Position numbers and translations under genes: made by a program
Notes under the pieces: model-generated
Seen by the model: the letters and a program-made list of their open reading frames with translations, nothing else
What the model was told of the DNA's origin: nothing
Database searches by the model: none
Shown here: in pieces, positions 58,837 through 64,000 of the stretch
Layout: every line of letters starts with the position of its first letter
Position numbering within the stretch: the stretch's first letter is position 1
Virus record (IMG/VR): IMGVR_UViG_3300017698_000036
Coordinates: 32,001 to 96,000 of that record
Length of the DNA: 64,000 nucleotides
Direction: 5' to 3' (one strand)
From: a virus

Positions 58837-61248
58837 ATGGGAATGATCTATACGGAAGAACGGGTACGTGAGGCTACATTAAGTTACTTTGACGGAGATG
58901 AGTTGGCAACTAACGTCTTTATGTCAAAGTATTGTTTGAGAGATAGAGTGGGTAATTTTTTAGAGTTAACCCCTGATGATATGCATCGGAGAATGGCGAA
59001 GGAGTTTTACAAGGCGGAGAGTGTCTACGGATCCTACATGACCGAGGAAGAGATCTATAACCTATTTAAGGACTTTAGATATATAGTGCCGGGAGGTTCT
59101 ATCATGTCTGGGTTGGGTGATGACGGTAGGTTGGTTAGTTTGAGTAACTGTACGGTTATTAAACCCCCCGAAGACAGTATAACCAGTATTATGGACACTG
59201 GTAGAGACATGGCCAATCTATTTAAGGCAAGGTGTGGAGTTGGAACTGACTTATCTCAATTAAGACCACATGGATATAGGGTTAATAATAGTGCGAAGTC
59301 ATCTACGGGTGCTTGGTCTTTTGCAAACTACTATTCTGAGGTCACCAAGTCTATCGGACAATCTGGTCGCCGTGGAGCTCTTATGGTGTCCATGGATGTG
59401 TCTCATCCGGATATATTCAAGTTTGTTACATGTAAGAAGGATCTGTCTAAAGTAACTGGTGCCAATATAAGTGTTAAGATTGATGACGAGTTTATGATGG
59501 CTGTCATGAATGATGATAAATATATGTTGAGGTGGAAAGAGTGCGAGGTCGAGATAGACGCTCTGGAACTTTGGAACACGATCGTCTCTACGGCTACCAC
59601 GACGGCCGAACCCGGTATTCTGTTTTGGGATCATCATCTAGATTATAACCCAACTAGTGTATACGATGAGTTAAGGCCTTGCGGAACCAACCCCTGCGGC
59701 GAACTTCCTCTGTCCGATGGTGATGCCTGTAGGTTAATGGCCTGTAATCTGGTTCATTTTGTCGAAAACCCATTTACCGACAAAGCCAGATTTAATTATG
59801 AAGAACTTAGAGACAGATTCACGAAGTTGACACGTCTAGGTGATGACTTGGTCGATCTTGAGTTGGATAAAATAAAATTGATCATGGATAAGGCTCGAGC
59901 CGAAGGTGACGTCGGAGTATTGTCTTTGTGGGACAAGTTCTTAAAGAAAGGTGAGCAGGGAAGACGACTGGGACTGGGTGTATTGGGTTTGGCCGACACC
60001 CTAGCCAGTCTGAAATTGAGATACGATTCAAATCTGGCCATAACGGAGGTCGATAAGATATTTAAGACAATCTTAGAGACCACCTATGAGACATCTATCC
60101 AGTTGGCCAAGGAAAGAGGTCCGTTCCCCCTGTTCGATTGGGAAAAAGAAAAGGATAATGAGTTTATAAAGTCGTTACCTCAAAAGATAAGACACGATAT
60201 GGCTCAATACGGTAGAAGGAACAGTACTTTGTTAACATGTGCACCCACCGGTTCTGGAAGTCTACTGGCCAAAGTATCATCGGGAATCGAACCAGTATTT
60301 CAAAATGATTATAAGAGAAGAAGAAAACTGGACAGTTCGGTAACCGGAGAGGGTATCATTACAATGGCCGATGGACAGAAGTTCGAGGAGTACGTGGTAT
60401 ATCATCACAACGTTCAGGACTTTATCAATAATCATAACAACGGTGATAAGGAACTCCCAGACTACTTTGTAACATCTGCGGATATAGATTGGCGTCAAAG
60501 AGTTAAGATTCAAGCTACAATTCAAAGATATATTGACAGTTCCATCAGTTCTACTATAAATCTCCCTAGAGGTACTTCGTCCAGTGTTGTGGGTGATATT
60601 TACCTAGAGGCCTGGAAGCAAAAACTGAAAGGTGTCACTGTGTATGTGGAAGGATCCAGAGAGGGAGTCCTAGTTGCTACTGATACAGAGGAAGAACGAA
60701 AATACCACGATCCCATCAGACGACCAGATGAGTTGGAGTGTGAGATACATCATACGTCTGTTAAGGGTGAGAAGTGGGTAGTGTTCGTGGGAATGTTGAA
60801 TGACAAACCCTATGAGGTATTTGGTGGTTTAAGTGAGTATATTGATTTGAGTAAGAAGTACACAAGCGGCCATATCGTGAAGAGAACCTACAAGACTAAA
60901 CACAACAGGTACGACTTGATAATCAATAAGGATCGAGAGGACGAAATTACTATTAAGAATATTGTTAAAATGTTTGAAAACCCCAACCATGGTGTTCTGG
61001 GAAGATTAATCAGTCTGTCTCTGAGACATGGTGCTCGTTCTGCATACGTAACCGATCAACTATTCAAGGATACTGAATTTGACTTTACAACCTATAGTAA
61101 AGTGATGGGTCGAATTCTGAAGAAGTATATCGGTGACGGAGAGGAGCCGGAGACGGAAGAGCACTGTAAAGATTGTGGTGGTAAGATGATATTCCAGGGA
61201 GGCTGTAAAGAGTGCGAGGGTTGTGGAAATTCGTACTGTTCCGGTTAA
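58837..61248 (+). CDS. nrdJ: Class II (adenosylcobalamin-dependent) ribonucleotide reductase
   Basis: PGGSIM, SLSNC, TNPCGEL, RRLGLGVLGLAD, APTGSGS..SSGIEP, SSISSTIN; C-terminal CxxC...CxxC tail; no NrdB gene nearby. Confidence 0.85.
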   Translation: MGMIYTEERVREATLSYFDGDELATNVFMSKYCLRDRVGNFLELTPDDMHRRMAKEFYKAESVYGSYMTEEEIYNLFKDFRYIVPGGSIMSGLGDDGRLVSLSNCTVIKPPEDSITSIMDTGRDMANLFKARCGVGTDLSQLRPHGYRVNNSAKSSTGAWSFANYYSEVTKSIGQSGRRGALMVSMDVSHPDIFKFVTCKKDLSKVTGANISVKIDDEFMMAVMNDDKYMLRWKECEVEIDALELWNTIVSTATTTAEPGILFWDHHLDYNPTSVYDELRPCGTNPCGELPLSDGDACRLMACNLVHFVENPFTDKARFNYEELRDRFTKLTRLGDDLVDLELDKIKLIMDKARAEGDVGVLSLWDKFLKKGEQGRRLGLGVLGLADTLASLKLRYDSNLAITEVDKIFKTILETTYETSIQLAKERGPFPLFDWEKEKDNEFIKSLPQKIRHDMAQYGRRNSTLLTCAPTGSGSLLAKVSSGIEPVFQNDYKRRRKLDSSVTGEGIITMADGQKFEEYVVYHHNVQDFINNHNNGDKELPDYFVTSADIDWRQRVKIQATIQRYIDSSISSTINLPRGTSSSVVGDIYLEAWKQKLKGVTVYVEGSREGVLVATDTEEERKYHDPIRRPDELECEIHHTSVKGEKWVVFVGMLNDKPYEVFGGLSEYIDLSKKYTSGHIVKRTYKTKHNRYDLIINKDREDEITIKNIVKMFENPNHGVLGRLISLSLRHGARSAYVTDQLFKDTEFDFTTYSKVMGRILKKYIGDGEEPETEEHCKDCGGKMIFQGGCKECEGCGNSYCSG

Positions 61249-61291
61249 TATCCCCACTTTCTTTCCTTTCTAATAATTCTTAAAATAATAC

Positions 61292-61319
61292 TTGACAATT
61301 GAATAAAATGGGGTATAAC
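61292..61319 (+). promoter_or_regulatory. sigma70 promoter for the downstream small-gene cluster
   Basis: TTAAAATAATAC UP region, TTGACA, 16 nt, TATAAC; near copy of the 53263 promoter. Confidence 0.75.
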
Positions 61320-61373
61320 TAAGGTATTGGTGGACTAACAATTTTCACCGTTAACATAGGAAGGATTTAAAAT

Positions 61374-61961
61374 ATGACATGTATTATTGGTTTAGTAGAT
61401 AAAGACGGAAAGACTTACTTGGCTGGTGACAGTATGGGATATGCCAATGTTTCATGGGGAACCCCGGTATCCAATCCCAAGGTTTTCAAGGTAAAAGATA
61501 AACCCATTGTGTTGGGATACACTACAAGTTTTAGGATGGGCCAATTGTTGGAATTTCATCCTGAGATATTTCCAGATCTACATAGAGACAAAACTGAATA
61601 CACACGTGAATATATTATCAGGGAGGTAATTCCTAGATTACAGGGACTCTATAGAGAGTCTGGATGGGGTAAGAAAGATGGTGATGGGGCCGCAGATGGA
61701 GGAACTTTCCTAATTGGTGTCCCCGGAGCCGTTTATACCGTACAGGACAATTTTGCAGTACTGGAACATATCCATGGTTATGAGGCCTGTGGGTGTGGTT
61801 GTTACGCCGCCTGTGCCTCGGTAGCTACATCTTGTAAAAATGGTGTAGAGGATCCAAAAACGATCCTCAAGGCCGCCATGGAAGTTACCGTACAGTACTC
61901 TCCTGGGGTTCAACCTCCATTTCACTATGTAACAACAGATGGTGAGGCTGGAGAGTTGTAA
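61374..61961 (+). CDS. HslV/proteasome-beta-like Ntn-hydrolase protease
   Basis: M-TCIIGL...LAGDS, KVF, GY..SFRMGQLL and ACGCG..AA; N-terminal Thr nucleophile. Confidence 0.8.
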   Translation: MTCIIGLVDKDGKTYLAGDSMGYANVSWGTPVSNPKVFKVKDKPIVLGYTTSFRMGQLLEFHPEIFPDLHRDKTEYTREYIIREVIPRLQGLYRESGWGKKDGDGAADGGTFLIGVPGAVYTVQDNFAVLEHIHGYEACGCGCYAACASVATSCKNGVEDPKTILKAAMEVTVQYSPGVQPPFHYVTTDGEAGEL

Positions 61962-62149
61962 TGGGGTTTATCAAATATTTACTAAAATCCATTTGGCGAT
62001 GGTTTAAGCAGTTGGGTTTCATTATTATAATATTTCCGTTCTTTCCAATATTGTGGGTTTATCTAATGCTGGCCGACAAGAAGGAGGAGTATGACAACCA
62101 TATTGCAAACGAGAAATTACACAAAAAAGATAAGTCTGGAGATTTGTGA
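61961..62149 (+). CDS. Small membrane protein
   Basis: Single hydrophobic segment; overlaps flanking genes. Confidence 0.55.
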   Translation: MGFIKYLLKSIWRWFKQLGFIIIIFPFFPILWVYLMLADKKEEYDNHIANEKLHKKDKSGDL

Positions 62150-62505
62150 TGATTATCAGGTTGCGTGAGTATGACAAGAAGGGCTTTAGAATGTTTACCA
62201 TTTTTGATACGGAGGGTATGGACTTGTATGTCTTCTTGGTTCAATTAAAGGCTCACTTAACGTCCAATTTGGTTACTTGGAGCGATTCAGAAGATAAGTG
62301 TCGTGTGTCAAAGATAGATTTTGATTATTTTGATCAAATAGCCGAAGAGTATGGTATGCGTGTTGATGAGCTAATTTGTGAGATAGAGGATATGGACTTT
62401 TGTGTATCTATCGACAACGTCGCACAGTTTGTTGTGATAGGTTGTTCAAGACCAACGTACAATGATGGTAAGCGCTCGCTATTTTCAGAGGTGTATCATG
62501 AATAG
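62146..62505 (+). CDS. Small protein, tagged paralog family member 1
   Basis: Ends NDGKRSLFSEVYHE; FDYFDQIAEEY...VDELIC core. Confidence 0.7.
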   Translation: MMIIRLREYDKKGFRMFTIFDTEGMDLYVFLVQLKAHLTSNLVTWSDSEDKCRVSKIDFDYFDQIAEEYGMRVDELICEIEDMDFCVSIDNVAQFVVIGCSRPTYNDGKRSLFSEVYHE

Positions 62506-62845
62506 TTGGAGAGATAGATGTTTTATGTTGTATTACGAAGAAGAGCTCGGCCGAATGAACGCAGTAGTAAACATGACCAATTACAATGACTGGCCATTAA
62601 CTGAGGATAAGTTAATTAGGGATTGTCGATGGGCTTGGGATATGTTACAGTATTATAACGGGCCCGGTGTAAGATACCGTTCAGAGGCTCTAGATTATTT
62701 TAATTTAGAATTCAACTTCAACCTTTCAATTGAAGACCTGTTGGGTGATTCGTATTTTATAAAAGAACAAGATTCAGAGTTTTTGATTTATAAGATTGAA
62801 CCCAGTAATGACGGTAAACACTCACTATTTTCAGAGGTGTATTGA
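62498..62845 (+). CDS. Small protein, tagged family member 2
   Basis: ATG 62498 after GAGGTG, in frame with track ORF 62462; ends NDGKHSLFSEVY. Confidence 0.7.
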   Translation: MNSWRDRCFMLYYEEELGRMNAVVNMTNYNDWPLTEDKLIRDCRWAWDMLQYYNGPGVRYRSEALDYFNLEFNFNLSIEDLLGDSYFIKEQDSEFLIYKIEPSNDGKHSLFSEVY

Positions 62846-62846
62846 G

Positions 62847-63218
62847 ATGAACTTAGATAGGTATGGTATAGTGTTTAAAAGATACCAAGAGGAAACGCTC
62901 GAATGGACCTACTTCATATGTTCTAAGAGGGGTAGAGGTAGACGAAGATACTCTAAGCAAGGAGAGTGTTTGTGTGTTCTGAGAGAGATGATAAGAAATA
63001 TTTGTAAACGAAATGTATTGGAGGAGTTATACATTCCCTTTGACTGTTTTGATGCAATATGGGAAGAGTTTAATGAATATGAATTAAACGTTTCTGAGTT
63101 AATATGTGATGATATAGACATCAAACGTGACTGTTATGACGGTACTGGAATAACGTTTACGTATGGTGGATTCTTTATCCCCGATGATGGTAAACATTCA
63201 CTATTCTCTAAGTTTTAA
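62847..63218 (+). CDS. Small protein, tagged paralog family member 3
   Basis: ATG 62847 after GAGGTG, in frame with track ORF 62796; FDCFDAIWEEF...VSELIC core; ends DDGKHSLFSKF. Confidence 0.7.
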   Translation: MNLDRYGIVFKRYQEETLEWTYFICSKRGRGRRRYSKQGECLCVLREMIRNICKRNVLEELYIPFDCFDAIWEEFNEYELNVSELICDDIDIKRDCYDGTGITFTYGGFFIPDDGKHSLFSKF

Positions 63219-63295
63219 ACAATTTATTGATAATAAGTGATAATTAAAACCATATTGAATGAGATAACTTATTTTATTAAGGAGAAGATATAAAG

Positions 63296-64000
63296 ATGGA
63301 TCTTAAAATTTCTAGAAATGGCTCAAAACTTATTACGGAAAGTGAAAATAAAAGTATTAAGTTAGATCGTGGTTTTGCAAAAAAGATTATGAAGTACTCG
63401 AAAGAGTTTAATGATGTATACCAAAGAATCGCAGATGATATCGACGACGGTGTACCTGTGGACAAGGGAGAGATGAGGGAACTTATTTACGCTCTCAGAC
63501 ATACGGAAGGTGATCATGCCAAATCTGCAAAGTCTTTGGGAAATAAGCTCTATAAGATGCGCATGAGTGACGGTCAACCCGAACCTGCTTCCACACCCAA
63601 CGTTCAAACTCAATTTGACACCCTTACACCTCAATCCGCCACTCCTCCTGTACAGGATAATGGTGGTGTACCTCCAACCCCTCCAGAGACTCCAGTAGCT
63701 GCAGTAGCTCTAGAAGAGGATAGACTAAAAGAGATTTACAGTACTGCCCTTAATGAGTTCGACCCCAGTGGTATGTTTCATGATTATACCGACAAGGATC
63801 CTAAGTTAGCTCAAAAGATCAAGGCTCGTGATACCGCCGCGAAGAGTGCCAAGTTGAGACAGAAGAAAAAGTCTAAGAATGACTGGAAGGCCGGCACTGA
63901 GCTTAAAGGTGGACTTCCTGGTGGACAAGGTGGAATCGATTGGGGTAAATTTGCAGAAGCCATGAAGATGATTCGTGAACATGAAACCTCTACTGGTAAA
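63296..64000 (+). CDS. Partial ORF running off the window (MDLKISRNGSKLITESEN...), candidate head-associated protein
   Basis: AAGGAG SD; frame open to the window end; early LITE motif; Pro-rich linker; absent from the ORF track because it has no stop in the window. Confidence 0.65.
   Translation, partial: MDLKISRNGSKLITESENKSIKLDRGFAKKIMKYSKEFNDVYQRIADDIDDGVPVDKGEMRELIYALRHTEGDHAKSAKSLGNKLYKMRMSDGQPEPASTPNVQTQFDTLTPQSATPPVQDNGGVPPTPPETPVAAVALEEDRLKEIYSTALNEFDPSGMFHDYTDKDPKLAQKIKARDTAAKSAKLRQKKKSKNDWKAGTELKGGLPGGQGGIDWGKFAEAMKMIREHETSTGK

Noticed and set aside
59680-59710. Apparent PCG duplication (RPCGTNPCGE) in NrdJ
   Set aside because: A 3-residue coincidence before the normal NPCGE catalytic motif; not a real repeat
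288-63634. Numerous minus-strand and nested alternative-frame ORFs in the track
   Set aside because: They overlap well-supported + strand genes, lack SDs or motifs and look like shadow ORFs; no credible minus-strand gene was found
1-64000. CRISPR array, tRNA or rRNA genes
   Set aside because: No regularly spaced repeat-spacer units and no cloverleaf or T-loop contexts were found by eye; tRNAscan or a CRISPR finder would confirm
1-64000. Alternative genetic code (stop-codon recoding, as in some large phages)
   Set aside because: Core genes are full-length in code 11, and TAA, TAG and TGA all terminate genes at expected positions

Overview
64 kb, AT-rich window of a large lytic T4-like (myovirus-type) phage genome. 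Essentially all real genes are on the + strand and read in the standard code. Left to right: putative virion genes; RuvC, primase and a fused SbcD-SbcC (Mre11-Rad50); a lysis region; the head module (TerL, portal, intein-containing prohead protease, ribosomal protein bS21, scaffold, major capsid); neck, sheath, tube, tail chaperone, tape measure and baseplate; then a replication block (small PolA-like, gp32-like SSB, RecA/UvsX, 5'-3' exonuclease, intein-containing DnaB, class II RNR), an HslV-like protease and small paralogous ORFs. Two free-standing homing endonucleases, consensus sigma70 promoters and hairpin terminators are visible. No tRNA, rRNA or CRISPR array was found by eye. Most unusual: (1) at 10.2-12.3 kb, truncated stand-alone copies of the phage's own structural proteins, namely one terminase ATPase domain and two mini-proteins matching major capsid residues ~28-85, possibly decoys or assembly modulators; (2) a C-terminal peptide tag [DN]DGK[HR]SLFS on four small proteins up to 51 kb apart, including one mini-capsid; (3) a probable +1 frameshift (TTT TTT CGG) in the tail chaperone upstream of the tape measure gene. 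All product calls come from visual motif recognition; no database search was run.
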